Shown: positions 9,777 through 18,374 of the stretch, piece by piece | Layout of the letters: each line of letters begins with the position of its first letter | How positions within the stretch are numbered: the stretch's first letter is position 1 | Source of the DNA: an uncultured Dehalococcoidales bacterium | GTDB taxonomy: Bacteria; Chloroflexota; Dehalococcoidia; Dehalococcoidales; E44-bin46 | Length of the DNA: 64,000 bases | Reading direction: 5' to 3' | Assembly (NCBI GenBank): GCA_964627215.1 | Contig: CAZVIZ010000002.1 | Span: 612 to 64,611, forward strand | Notes under the pieces: model-generated | The model's input: only the letters and a program-made list of their open reading frames with translations | What the model was told of the DNA's origin: nothing | Databases searched by the model: none | Program-made: the position numbers and the translations under genes

Positions 9777-9986
9777 ATGGGACGGGATATAGGCGTCATA
9801 GGGCTGGGCGCCATTGTCCTGGGGCTGATGGCCTGGGGGCTTAGGGGGTTCTTCATGGACCCCAATGTGCACATCGGCCTCAGGGTAGGAGTGGGTGCAG
9901 TGGGTGTGGTGGTGCTGTTCTGGGTGATAAAGCTCACCGGCGCCAAGATCATGAAGGCCGTTCGGGGTAGGAGGCGCGATAAGTGA
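9777..9986 (+). CDS. small hypothetical membrane protein (two predicted TM helices, basic tail)
   Basis: 69-aa ORF that fills the cysS-uvrC gap. It has two hydrophobic stretches and a C-terminal KAVRGRRRDK. No recognisable family. Confidence 0.4.
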   Translation: MGRDIGVIGLGAIVLGLMAWGLRGFFMDPNVHIGLRVGVGAVGVVVLFWVIKLTGAKIMKAVRGRRRDK

Positions 9987-10019
9987 GTTGCGCCGTCGCT
10001 ATATGGAGGTTAGGGGTTT

Positions 10020-11837
10020 TTGAGAAGCGTATTAGAGGAACGTTTAGGGAGCTTGCCCCATGGTCCCGGCGTGTATATATTCAAGGACTCCGCTGGTAAG
10101 ATAATCTACGTGGGCAAGGCGGCTGACCTGCATAGCAGGGTGAGGTCGTACTTTGGCCCCCCTGCCGGACTCTCCCCCAAGACGGTTCGTCTAGTGTCTC
10201 ACGTGGCCGATGTAGACTTTTTCGTCACCGCATCGGAGCAGGAGGCGCTTATCCTGGAGTGCAACTTAATAAAGCGCCACCGACCCCGCTATAACATACA
10301 GCTTAAGGACGACAAGAGCTTCCCCTACCTGAAAGTCTCCCTTTCCCAGCAATGGCCCGGTGTTTATGTAACCCGCAGTCTTGTCGAGAACGGGAGTCGC
10401 TACTTCGGGCCCTTCGCCAGCGCCAAGGCAGTGCGTAAGGCCTATAAGGCTATCAGGGGTATGTTTCCCTTTCGCTCATGTAATAAAGAGATTACAGGCC
10501 GAAACGAACGAGCCTGCCTGAACTATTACCTAGGGCGCTGTCTGGGCCCCTGCGTAGGCGCCGTAACGCCCGATGATTATGCCGAGGCGGTCGGCGAGGT
10601 GGTCATGTTCCTGGAGGGGAGGGGTGATGCTGTTTTGACACGTTTGGAGGAACGGATGGAGCGCGCCTCCCGGGGGCTTGACTTTGAAAAAGCCGCCGCC
10701 ATAAGGGACCAAATAGCCGCCGTGAATCAGGTTATAGAGGGGCAGAAGCTCGCCACCAAGGTTAAGGGTGACCAGGATGCCATAGCCTTCGCCGCCGCCG
10801 GGGACCAGGCCTATGTGATGGTGTTCTTCATCCGCGGCGGCAAGCTCATCGGCAGGGAGAGCTTCGTTCTAAAAGGCACGCGCGCCGAGTCCACTGCAGA
10901 GGTCATGAGCGGCTTCCTAAAGCAGTTTTATAGTTCCAACCCCCACATACCGCCTATTATCCTGCTCCAGCACCCCCCCGCCGACTCGGCGGTCATTGGG
11001 AGGTGGCTGGGGGGCAAGCGGGATGGGGGGGTCAAGCTGATCTCACCCAAGCGCGGTGGGGCCAGGGAGCTTATGGATGTAGTGGCTCTGAATGCCTGCC
11101 TGGGGCTGGAACAGCTGCGGATAAAACATATGTCCTCTCCCGGGGCGCTTAAAAAAGCCCTGGAGGAGCTCGCCGTGGCATTGGGACTTCCCTGCCCCCC
11201 CGACCGCATAGAGGGCTACGATATATCCAACATACAAGGGGGCGCCGCAGTGGGCAGCATGGTGGTATTTCAGGAGGGCAGACCTGCCCCCTCCCGTTAT
11301 CGGCGCTTCAAGATAAAGACGGTAACCGGCGCCGATGACTGCGCTATGCTGCGTGAGGTGCTTACGCGCCGCTTCAAGCGGGCGGCCAAGGCGGCGGACG
11401 GTTTCGCCGAGATGCCCGCTCTTGTCCTCATAGATGGGGGTAGGGGGCAGCTAAATGCCGCACTGGAGGCGCTTAAAGGGGAGGGGATGGAGGGGGTGCC
11501 GCTTATGGCGCTGGCCAAGGAGCGCGAGGAGATATTCCTCCCCGGCCGTCCCCAGCCGCTTCAGCTTTCGCGCGCCTCGGTGGGGCTTATGCTTCTCCAA
11601 AGAGTCAGGGACGAGGCGCACCGCTTCGCAGTGGGTTACCACCGCCGAGTGCGCCGTGGTGACACCTTCGCTTCCATCTTGGATGGCGCTACGGGAATCG
11701 GGCCCAAGCGAAAGCGAGCGCTCATGAGGCGGTTCGGCTCTGTCGGCGCTCTTCGGGACGCCTCGGTGAAGGACATCATGGGGGTGGATGGAATGGGCCG
11801 CACCTCGGCCCAAAGACTTAAGGAGTATCTGGGATAG
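10020..11837 (+). CDS. uvrC: excinuclease ABC subunit C
   Basis: GIY-YIG N-terminus (GPGVYIFKD...IIYVGKA), a UVR domain, an RNase H-like endonuclease domain and a C-terminal (HhH)2. Confidence 0.93.
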   Translation: MRSVLEERLGSLPHGPGVYIFKDSAGKIIYVGKAADLHSRVRSYFGPPAGLSPKTVRLVSHVADVDFFVTASEQEALILECNLIKRHRPRYNIQLKDDKSFPYLKVSLSQQWPGVYVTRSLVENGSRYFGPFASAKAVRKAYKAIRGMFPFRSCNKEITGRNERACLNYYLGRCLGPCVGAVTPDDYAEAVGEVVMFLEGRGDAVLTRLEERMERASRGLDFEKAAAIRDQIAAVNQVIEGQKLATKVKGDQDAIAFAAAGDQAYVMVFFIRGGKLIGRESFVLKGTRAESTAEVMSGFLKQFYSSNPHIPPIILLQHPPADSAVIGRWLGGKRDGGVKLISPKRGGARELMDVVALNACLGLEQLRIKHMSSPGALKKALEELAVALGLPCPPDRIEGYDISNIQGGAAVGSMVVFQEGRPAPSRYRRFKIKTVTGADDCAMLREVLTRRFKRAAKAADGFAEMPALVLIDGGRGQLNAALEALKGEGMEGVPLMALAKEREEIFLPGRPQPLQLSRASVGLMLLQRVRDEAHRFAVGYHRRVRRGDTFASILDGATGIGPKRKRALMRRFGSVGALRDASVKDIMGVDGMGRTSAQRLKEYLG

Positions 11838-11838
11838 C

Positions 11839-12807
11839 ATGCCTGCCAACCTGCCGCCGCACTATTTTGAGGCTGAGAAGCGCTACCGTGCCGCCAAGGA
11901 CCCCGCTGATAAGATAGCCGCCCTGGAGGAGATGCTGGCTATCATGCCCAAGCACAAGGGCACCGATCATCTGAAGGCCGACCTGAGGCGTAAGATAGCC
12001 CGCTTAAGCCAGTCCGCCGAGAGGAAGGCGGCCACCCAGCGAGCCTCCATGCTCATAGACAAAGAGGGGGCGGCGCAGGTGGTGGTGGTGGGACTGCCCA
12101 ATGCGGGCAAGTCCAGCCTGGTTAGCGCTGTTACCGGGGCCTCTCCCACTGTGGCGGACTATCCCTATACCACTCAGAGTGCCATCCCGGGCATGATGGG
12201 ATTTCAAAACATCAATATACAGCTTATAGACGTTCCCCCCATAACGGAGCAGTCCTTTGACTGGTGGCTACCCCATATGATACGGCGGGCGGACGCCATA
12301 TTGATAGCTGTAGACCTCTCCGGAGACCCCCGTGCCGACGTGGCTGGGGTGCTTAAAGCGCTTGATGATAAGAAGATACCCCTTGAAGGAGCCAAGGTGT
12401 TGGCTGTGGGCACCAAGCTGGATATGCCTGGGGCTGGGGAGGGGTTTGAAGCATTAAAAGATAAGTATGGAGATGGCTTCCCCTTAGCCGCCGTCTCGGC
12501 GCAGGTTGGCGATGGCCTGGATGATTTCAGGCGTGCCGTATATGACGTTTTGGGCGTCATACGGGTTTATACAAAGGCGCCGGGCAAGAAGCCGGAGATG
12601 GACGACCCCATTATCCTCAGGCGCGGTAGCACCCTCGCCGACGCTGCCGAGGACGTCCACAAGGACTTCGCCGTCCGTCTGCGCTATGCCCGCATATGGG
12701 GGTCGGGCAAGCACGATGGTATAATGGTCAAGAGGGACCATGTCCTTCAGGATGGGGATATAATAGAGCTTCACCTCAGGAAGGGTGGAGAAGGGGGAGG
12801 GGGTTAA
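11839..12807 (+). CDS. DRG/Obg-family GTPase with C-terminal TGS domain
   Basis: Walker A GLPNAGKSSL, YPYTT (G2), the DRG-like N-terminal helix (KHKGTDHLKADLRRKIARL) and a TGS-like tail (VYTKAPGKKPEMDDPIILRRGSTLADAAEDVHKDF). ATG 11839 lies 1 nt after the uvrC stop. Confidence 0.8.
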   Translation: MPANLPPHYFEAEKRYRAAKDPADKIAALEEMLAIMPKHKGTDHLKADLRRKIARLSQSAERKAATQRASMLIDKEGAAQVVVVGLPNAGKSSLVSAVTGASPTVADYPYTTQSAIPGMMGFQNINIQLIDVPPITEQSFDWWLPHMIRRADAILIAVDLSGDPRADVAGVLKALDDKKIPLEGAKVLAVGTKLDMPGAGEGFEALKDKYGDGFPLAAVSAQVGDGLDDFRRAVYDVLGVIRVYTKAPGKKPEMDDPIILRRGSTLADAAEDVHKDFAVRLRYARIWGSGKHDGIMVKRDHVLQDGDIIELHLRKGGEGGGG

Positions 12808-12809
12808 CC

Positions 12810-13022
12810 TTGGGCTATCGACCCAACTGGAACGAGTCCTACTGGAAGAACCTGGACAAAGAGACGCGGAAGACTCTCAGGACGCAGTGTCCGCGTTGCG
12901 GCAGCACCAAGACGTATTACAATAAGCAGTCCAAGGTATGGCGCTGCGGTCGCTGCGAGGCAGCCTTCACCGTGAAGGGATTGGACGAGAGGCCGTGGTG
13001 GCGGCGCATCTTCCGCCGTTAG
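12810..13022 (+). CDS. small zinc-ribbon protein
   Basis: About 70 aa with CPRCG...x16...CGRC. A TTG in frame lies 2 nt after the GTPase stop. The longer track ORF (from 12696) overlaps the GTPase gene and is unlikely to be real. Confidence 0.5.
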   Translation: MGYRPNWNESYWKNLDKETRKTLRTQCPRCGSTKTYYNKQSKVWRCGRCEAAFTVKGLDERPWWRRIFRR

Positions 13023-13048
13023 GGATAAGCCTTCCTATGCGTGTAATA

Positions 13049-13068
13049 TCGCCCCACGGTGGGGGCGA
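13049..13068 (+). terminator. possible weak terminator hairpin after the zinc-ribbon gene
   Basis: 7-bp GC stem tcgcccc / ggggcga with a 6-nt loop, but only a weak T tract (gtttcc). Confidence 0.3.
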
Positions 13069-13132
13069 GTTTCCTAAGGAACTATGTAAATCCAGCCGTC
13101 CCGGCGTATAAAAAAACCCCTTCGGATTGGTC

Positions 13133-13161
13133 TTTACAACCAATATAACCGATGATATAAT
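13133..13161 (+). promoter_or_regulatory. sigma-70-like promoter candidate for the formate dehydrogenase operon
   Basis: TTTACA, a 17-nt spacer, then a perfect TATAAT (13156-13161). A second candidate is TTGACT (13202-13207), 17 nt, then GATTAT (13225-13230). Confidence 0.5.
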
Positions 13162-13323
13162 ACCTCCGACCTATGGCCAAGGTACTAATTTCAACCGGAT
13201 ATTGACTTTGCGAGCGGCGTGGTCGATTATTATGTAAGCGGTCAGCGCCGAGTTTTTTCGGGGGCTGGAATCTAATAAGTCTCGGCCCCTTCTTGAAATT
13301 GCCGGGAGGATTATATAAGAACC

Positions 13324-13836
13324 ATGTCTTGTGCTAAAGGGTCGTGTTCAAGAAAGAGGCTGGAGGCTATCCTAGCTCGCTACAAAGGGGTGCGAAGCGA
13401 GCTTATCCCACTCCTCCAGGATGCCCAGGCGGAGTTCGGTTATCTGCCCAAGGATATCATGGGTGAGATAGCCGATTTCCTTCGCTTGCCCGCAAGCACC
13501 GTTTTCGGTGTGAGCACCTTCTACGCCCAATTCAAGTTCGTTCCCATGGGCAAAAAGGTTATCCAGGTCTGCCGAGGAACTGCCTGCCATGTCAGGGGTG
13601 CCGACAAGATTGTCCAGGAATTTGAGAGACAATTGTGCATCAAGGAGGGCGAGACCACTTCCGATCTAGAGTATACCCTGGAGACGGTTGCCTGTGTGGG
13701 TGCCTGCGCCCTGGCCCCCACGCTGATGATAAACCGTGAGGTCCAGGGGAAGATGACTACCCAGAAGATCAGGGACATAGTCAAGAAGCAGTCCGGCGAT
13801 GACGAAAAGAAGGCAAGCGAGGGCCAAAATGACTGA
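13324..13836 (+). CDS. NuoE/HydC-type [2Fe-2S] subunit of an NAD(P)-linked formate dehydrogenase
   Basis: Thioredoxin-like 2Fe-2S pattern C-x4-C...C-x3-C (VCRGTACHV ... ACVGACALAP) and the IPLLQ motif typical of NuoE/NADH dehydrogenase 24-kDa subunits. Confidence 0.88.
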   Translation: MSCAKGSCSRKRLEAILARYKGVRSELIPLLQDAQAEFGYLPKDIMGEIADFLRLPASTVFGVSTFYAQFKFVPMGKKVIQVCRGTACHVRGADKIVQEFERQLCIKEGETTSDLEYTLETVACVGACALAPTLMINREVQGKMTTQKIRDIVKKQSGDDEKKASEGQND

Positions 13837-15682
13837 CAAAGGGCACACCATACTCGTCTGCGAGGGCACGGGCTGCGTTTCAGCCAAGGCCGTGGATATC
13901 CGCAAGGCTCTGGAGAAGGCCGTGGAAGAGGCCGACATAGACGTCAAGATAGACTACACCGGCTGTCATGGCTTCTGCGAGCAGGGCCCCATAGCCATAG
14001 TGGAGCCGGAGGGCATATTCTACGTCCACGTCTCCGAGAAGGACGCCGCCGAGATAGTGGAGTCTCATCTGGTAAACGGCAAGCCGGTGGAGCGGCTCTA
14101 CTACAAGGACCCCGTGAGCGGCGAGGCCATTCCGTATCATAAGGACATAGACTTCTACGCCAAGCAGCAGCGCATAGTTTTAAGGAACTGCGGCCGCATA
14201 AACCCGGAGAGGATAGGGGACTATACCGCCCTCGGCGGCTACGAGGCGCTCAAGAAGGCGCTGCTTGAGATGACGCCGGAGGAGGTCATCGCCGAGGTGG
14301 GGCGCTCCGGCTTAAGAGGCCGCGGCGGCGCCGGTTTCCCCACCGCCCGCAAGTGGCAGTTCTGCCGCTCCGCCCCAGGGGACATAAAATACCTCATCTG
14401 CAACGCTGATGAGGGTGACCCCGGCGCTTTTATGGATCGCTCCGTCATGGAGGGCGACCCTCATACCGTGATAGAGGGCATGGTCATCGCTGCTTATGCC
14501 ATCGGCGCCTCGGAGGGCTATATCTACATCCGCGCCGAGTACCCCCTGGCGGTGAGCCGCCTGCGCGTGGCCTTGAAGCAGGCCGAGGAGAGCGGCTTCT
14601 TGGGCGACGACATCGTAGGCTCCGGCTTCAGCTTCCACGTTCATGTCAAGGAGGGTGCTGGTGCTTTCGTCTGCGGCGAAGAGACCGCTCTACTGGCCTC
14701 CATAGAGGGTAAGCGCGGTATGCCCCGCCCCCGTCCGCCCTTCCCGGCAAACTCGGGTTTGTGGGGCAAGCCCAGCAACATAAACAACGTGAAGACCTTA
14801 GGCGTGATCCCCGTTATCATAGCGGAAGGCGCTGATAAATACGCAAGCGTGGGCTCTGAGGAGAGCAAGGGCACGGCGGTGTTCGCCCTAACGGGCAAGA
14901 TAGCCAACAGCGGTCTTATAGAGGTGCCCATGGGCATGTCCATCCGCGACATAGTCTACGGAATCGGCGGCGGCATACCCGGGGACAGGGAGTTCAAAGC
15001 CGTTCAGACCGGCGGCCCCTCCGGAGGCTGCCTGCCTGCCTCTATGCTGGACTTGCCTGTGGACTACGAGTCGCTGGCCAAGGCTGGCTCCATAATGGGC
15101 AGCGGTGGCATGGTGATTATGGACGAGGACACCTGCATGGTGGACGTGGCCCGCTACTTCCTCTCCTTCACCCAGGAGGAGTCCTGCGGCAAGTGTGTAC
15201 CCTGCCGTCTGGGCACCAAGCATATGCTGGACATACTGGAGCGGATATGCAAGGGAGAGGGTGAGGAGGATGATATAGAGCTGCTCTTAAACCTGGCCGA
15301 GGACATAAAAGCAGGCGCCTTGTGTGCCTTAGGCGGGACGGCGCCCAACCCTGTCATCACCACCATTAAGTATTTCCGTGAGGAGTACGAGGAACACATC
15401 TTCCAGGGGAAGTGCCGCGCCAAAGTCTGCCCTGAGCTTACCTCCTACTACATAGACGCTGACCTGTGCCAGGGCTGTATGATCTGCATTCGCAACTGCT
15501 CCTTGGAGGCGATAAAGGGCGACAAGCGCATGGTGCATGTGGTAGACCAGGATAAGTGCGTTAAGTGCGGTATTTGCCTGGATGTCTGCCCGCCCAAGTT
15601 CGGGGCGGTCAAGAAGGTTTCTGGGGAGGAGTTCTCCGCACCCAGCGAGCCTGTCCCGGTGAAGCCACTGAAAAAAGAATAA
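13829..15682 (+). CDS. NuoF/HydB-type FMN- and NAD(P)H-binding iron-sulfur subunit
   Basis: GLRGRGGAGFPT FMN/NADH motifs and the SLBB/4Fe-4S segment ESCGKCVPCR. It also has an N-terminal thioredoxin-like domain and two C-terminal ferredoxin CxxCxxCxxxCP motifs. ATG 13829 overlaps the upstream stop. Confidence 0.88.
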   Translation: MTDKGHTILVCEGTGCVSAKAVDIRKALEKAVEEADIDVKIDYTGCHGFCEQGPIAIVEPEGIFYVHVSEKDAAEIVESHLVNGKPVERLYYKDPVSGEAIPYHKDIDFYAKQQRIVLRNCGRINPERIGDYTALGGYEALKKALLEMTPEEVIAEVGRSGLRGRGGAGFPTARKWQFCRSAPGDIKYLICNADEGDPGAFMDRSVMEGDPHTVIEGMVIAAYAIGASEGYIYIRAEYPLAVSRLRVALKQAEESGFLGDDIVGSGFSFHVHVKEGAGAFVCGEETALLASIEGKRGMPRPRPPFPANSGLWGKPSNINNVKTLGVIPVIIAEGADKYASVGSEESKGTAVFALTGKIANSGLIEVPMGMSIRDIVYGIGGGIPGDREFKAVQTGGPSGGCLPASMLDLPVDYESLAKAGSIMGSGGMVIMDEDTCMVDVARYFLSFTQEESCGKCVPCRLGTKHMLDILERICKGEGEEDDIELLLNLAEDIKAGALCALGGTAPNPVITTIKYFREEYEEHIFQGKCRAKVCPELTSYYIDADLCQGCMICIRNCSLEAIKGDKRMVHVVDQDKCVKCGICLDVCPPKFGAVKKVSGEEFSAPSEPVPVKPLKKE

Positions 15683-15691
15683 TAGAGGGAC

Positions 15692-18364
15692 TTGCGAAAA
15701 GTGGATACTATTAAGCTAACCATCAACGGCAAGCAGATTGAAGCGAACAAGGGTATGACGGTGCTGGAGGCTGCGGAGTCGGCAGGTATCTATATCCCCA
15801 CCCTCTGCGCCGACCCCGATCTTGCGCCATACGGGGGCTGCCGGCTGTGTATAGTGGAGATTGAGAATATGCGTGGCCTGCCTCCCGCCTGCACCACGCC
15901 CGCCGCCGACGGCATGGTGGTCAACACCGATACGTCGCAGGTGAACCGGGTGCGCAGGACCGTTATGGAGCTCCTCATCGCCGACCACCCCGCCGATTGC
16001 CTGAACTGTGCCGCCAACCAGCGCTGCGAGCTGCAGCGGGTGGCGGCACATCTGGACGTGGAGGAGCTACCCTTCCGCAGGACGGAGAGGGAGTTCGATA
16101 TAGATGACAGCAATCCCTTCTTCTACCTGGACCGTAATAAGTGCGTACTGTGTACTAGGTGCACCCGCACCTGCGAAGAGATAACAGGAGTAGGCGCCAT
16201 AGAGCTTGCCTATCGCGGCTATCAGGCCCAGGTGTCCACCTTCGGCGCTGTGCCGCTGATGGAGTCCATCTGCCGCTCCTGCGGGGAGTGCGTGGCCCAC
16301 TGTCCGGTGGGGGCGCTTATGCCCAAGGAGACCGCCCGTCCCACCCAAGAGGTGCTGACTACCTGCCCTTACTGCGGCGTGGGTTGCGGAATGTATATCG
16401 GCGTACGCGAGGGGAAAATTATATCCGTGCGCGGCGAAAGGGATAACCCCGCTTCTAAGGGAAGGCTTTGCGTCAAGGGACGCTTCGGCATAGCGGAGTT
16501 CGTCCACCACCTCGAGCGTCTCACCACCCCGCTGGTGCGCAAGGACGGCGAGCTTAAGGAGGCATCTTGGGACGAGGCTCTGAACCTGGTCGCCGAGAAG
16601 CTGTCCGGCTATAGCGACGATGAGTTGGCTGTGTTCTCCTCGGCCAAGTGCACCAACGAGGATAACTATGTGGTGCAGAAGTTCGCCCGGGCTGGACTGG
16701 GCACAAACAATGTGGATCACTGCGCACGCCTGTGCCACGCTCCCTCTGTGGCGGGGCTGGTGCAGAGCTTCGGCAGCGGCGCCATGACCAACGCCATCTC
16801 TGAGATAGCTGAGGCTGGCTGCCTGTTTGCCATTGGCACCAACACCACCTCGGCGCACCCCGTAATTGGCTTCGAGGTGAAGGCGGCGGTGCGGGGTGGG
16901 ACCAAGCTTATCGTAGCCAATCCCAGGGAGATAAACCTCTGCCGCCATGCTGATATCTGGCTGAGGCAGAACCCCGGCACTGACGTGCCTCTGCTTATGG
17001 GTATGGCGCGGGTTATCGTAGATGAGGGTCTTATGGACGAGGCCTTCCTAAAGGAGCGCTGCGAGGGCTTCGATGAGTTCAAGGCTTCCTTAAGTGACTT
17101 CGACCTGGATACGGTTCAAAAGATAACAGGTGTTCCCAAGGAGGATATAGCCCGGGCGGCGCGGCTGTATGCCGCAGAACGCCCTTCCTCGATCCTCTAC
17201 TCCATGGGCATCACCCAGCACTCGCATGGCACGGATAACGTCATCGCCACCGCCAACCTGGCTATGCTCACCGGCAACGTGGGGCGGTGCTCAAGCGGTG
17301 TGAATCCCTTGCGTGGGCAGAATAATGTTCAGGGTGCCTGTGATCTGGGGGCGCTACCCAACGTATACCCCGGCTATCAGGCGGTGGGCAACGAGGCTTT
17401 AAGGGAGAAGTTTGAGAAGGCTTGGGATGCCAAGCTGAGCCCGTTACCTGGCCTAACCGTAACCGAGGTCATACCGTCCATCGGCGAGGGCAAGATAAAG
17501 GCACTATATATAGTGGGCGAGAACCCCGCCCTTTCCGACCCCGACGCCGCCCATGCCCAGGAGCTCATCTCCCAGCTTGATTTCCTCGTGGTCCAGGACA
17601 TATTCCTCACCGAGACCGCCCAGCTTGCCGACGTGGTTTTGCCCGGTGCCAGCTTCGCAGAGAAAGACGGTACCTTCACCAACACGGAGCGGAGGGTGCA
17701 GCGGGTGAGGAAGGTCATAGAGCCCTTGGGAGACTCCAAGGCTGACTGGTGGATTACCTGCCAGATAGCCCAGAGGATGGGCAAGAAGGGGTTTGAGTTT
17801 GAAACCCCCGCCGCCATAATGGCAGAGATAGCCGAGGTAACCCCAAGCTACGGCGGCATCTCCTACGAGCGCCTGGACGAGGTTGGCTTACAGTGGCCCT
17901 GTCCTACCTGTGACCACCCCGGCACGCCCTTCCTCCACAGCAACTTTTTCACGCGGGGCAAGGGACGGCTCATCACGCTTACCTACAAGCCGCCCAAGGA
18001 ATTGCCCGATGAAGACTATCCGCTGTTGCTTACCACAGGGCGCAGCCTGTTCCATTGGCATACCGGTACCATGACCCGCAAGGTAGGTGGTCTGAACGCC
18101 TTTATGGGTGAGGAGCTGGTGGAGATGAATCCCGCCGACGCTGCCGAACTGGGGCTTAGCGATGGGGATAAGGCGAAGGTGGCCTCAAGGAGGGGGGAGG
18201 TTACGGCGCGTGTCAAGCTGACCGAGGTCTCGCCGCCGGGGGTGGTCTTTATGACCTTCCACTTCGGTGAGAGCTCCGGGAACGTGCTCACCAACCCGGT
18301 TCTGGACCCCGTGGCCAAGATACCGGAGTTTAAGGTCTGCGCGGTCAGGGTTAAAAAGGCCTGA
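15692..18364 (+). CDS. fdhA: formate dehydrogenase catalytic subunit (Mo/W-bis-MGD), NuoG-like N-terminus, Cys type
   Basis: The N-terminus has 2Fe-2S and 4Fe-4S motifs. The MopB core carries NVDHCARLCHAPSV, with a Cys codon TGC at 16733-16735 where selenoprotein homologues have U. A C-terminal MGD-binding barrel is present. Confidence 0.88.
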   Translation: MRKVDTIKLTINGKQIEANKGMTVLEAAESAGIYIPTLCADPDLAPYGGCRLCIVEIENMRGLPPACTTPAADGMVVNTDTSQVNRVRRTVMELLIADHPADCLNCAANQRCELQRVAAHLDVEELPFRRTEREFDIDDSNPFFYLDRNKCVLCTRCTRTCEEITGVGAIELAYRGYQAQVSTFGAVPLMESICRSCGECVAHCPVGALMPKETARPTQEVLTTCPYCGVGCGMYIGVREGKIISVRGERDNPASKGRLCVKGRFGIAEFVHHLERLTTPLVRKDGELKEASWDEALNLVAEKLSGYSDDELAVFSSAKCTNEDNYVVQKFARAGLGTNNVDHCARLCHAPSVAGLVQSFGSGAMTNAISEIAEAGCLFAIGTNTTSAHPVIGFEVKAAVRGGTKLIVANPREINLCRHADIWLRQNPGTDVPLLMGMARVIVDEGLMDEAFLKERCEGFDEFKASLSDFDLDTVQKITGVPKEDIARAARLYAAERPSSILYSMGITQHSHGTDNVIATANLAMLTGNVGRCSSGVNPLRGQNNVQGACDLGALPNVYPGYQAVGNEALREKFEKAWDAKLSPLPGLTVTEVIPSIGEGKIKALYIVGENPALSDPDAAHAQELISQLDFLVVQDIFLTETAQLADVVLPGASFAEKDGTFTNTERRVQRVRKVIEPLGDSKADWWITCQIAQRMGKKGFEFETPAAIMAEIAEVTPSYGGISYERLDEVGLQWPCPTCDHPGTPFLHSNFFTRGKGRLITLTYKPPKELPDEDYPLLLTTGRSLFHWHTGTMTRKVGGLNAFMGEELVEMNPADAAELGLSDGDKAKVASRRGEVTARVKLTEVSPPGVVFMTFHFGESSGNVLTNPVLDPVAKIPEFKVCAVRVKKA

Positions 18365-18374
18365 AACGGCTCCC

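Noticed and set aside
12696-12809. Upstream extension of the zinc-ribbon ORF (108-aa version)
   Set aside because: The extension overlaps the conserved TGS domain coding region of the GTPase in another frame. An in-frame TTG lies right after the GTPase stop.
13168-13323. A confident Moco/Wco riboswitch call upstream of the FDH operon
   Set aside because: Only a short CCUCC...AAGG resemblance was noted from memory, and it sits at the 5' rather than the 3' end of the leader. Without a covariance-model score it stays a hypothesis (listed as a low-confidence finding) and is not annotated as a feature.
16709-16741. Possible selenocysteine (in-frame TGA) at the FdhA active site
   Set aside because: The conserved ..HCARLCHAPS.. 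segment has TGC (Cys) at 16733-16735, and the ORF is uninterrupted. This is a Cys-type enzyme, and no SECIS element needs to be invoked.
16067-16948. 293-aa - strand ORF inside fdhA
   Set aside because: It is antisense to the molybdopterin oxidoreductase core and has no independent coding evidence.
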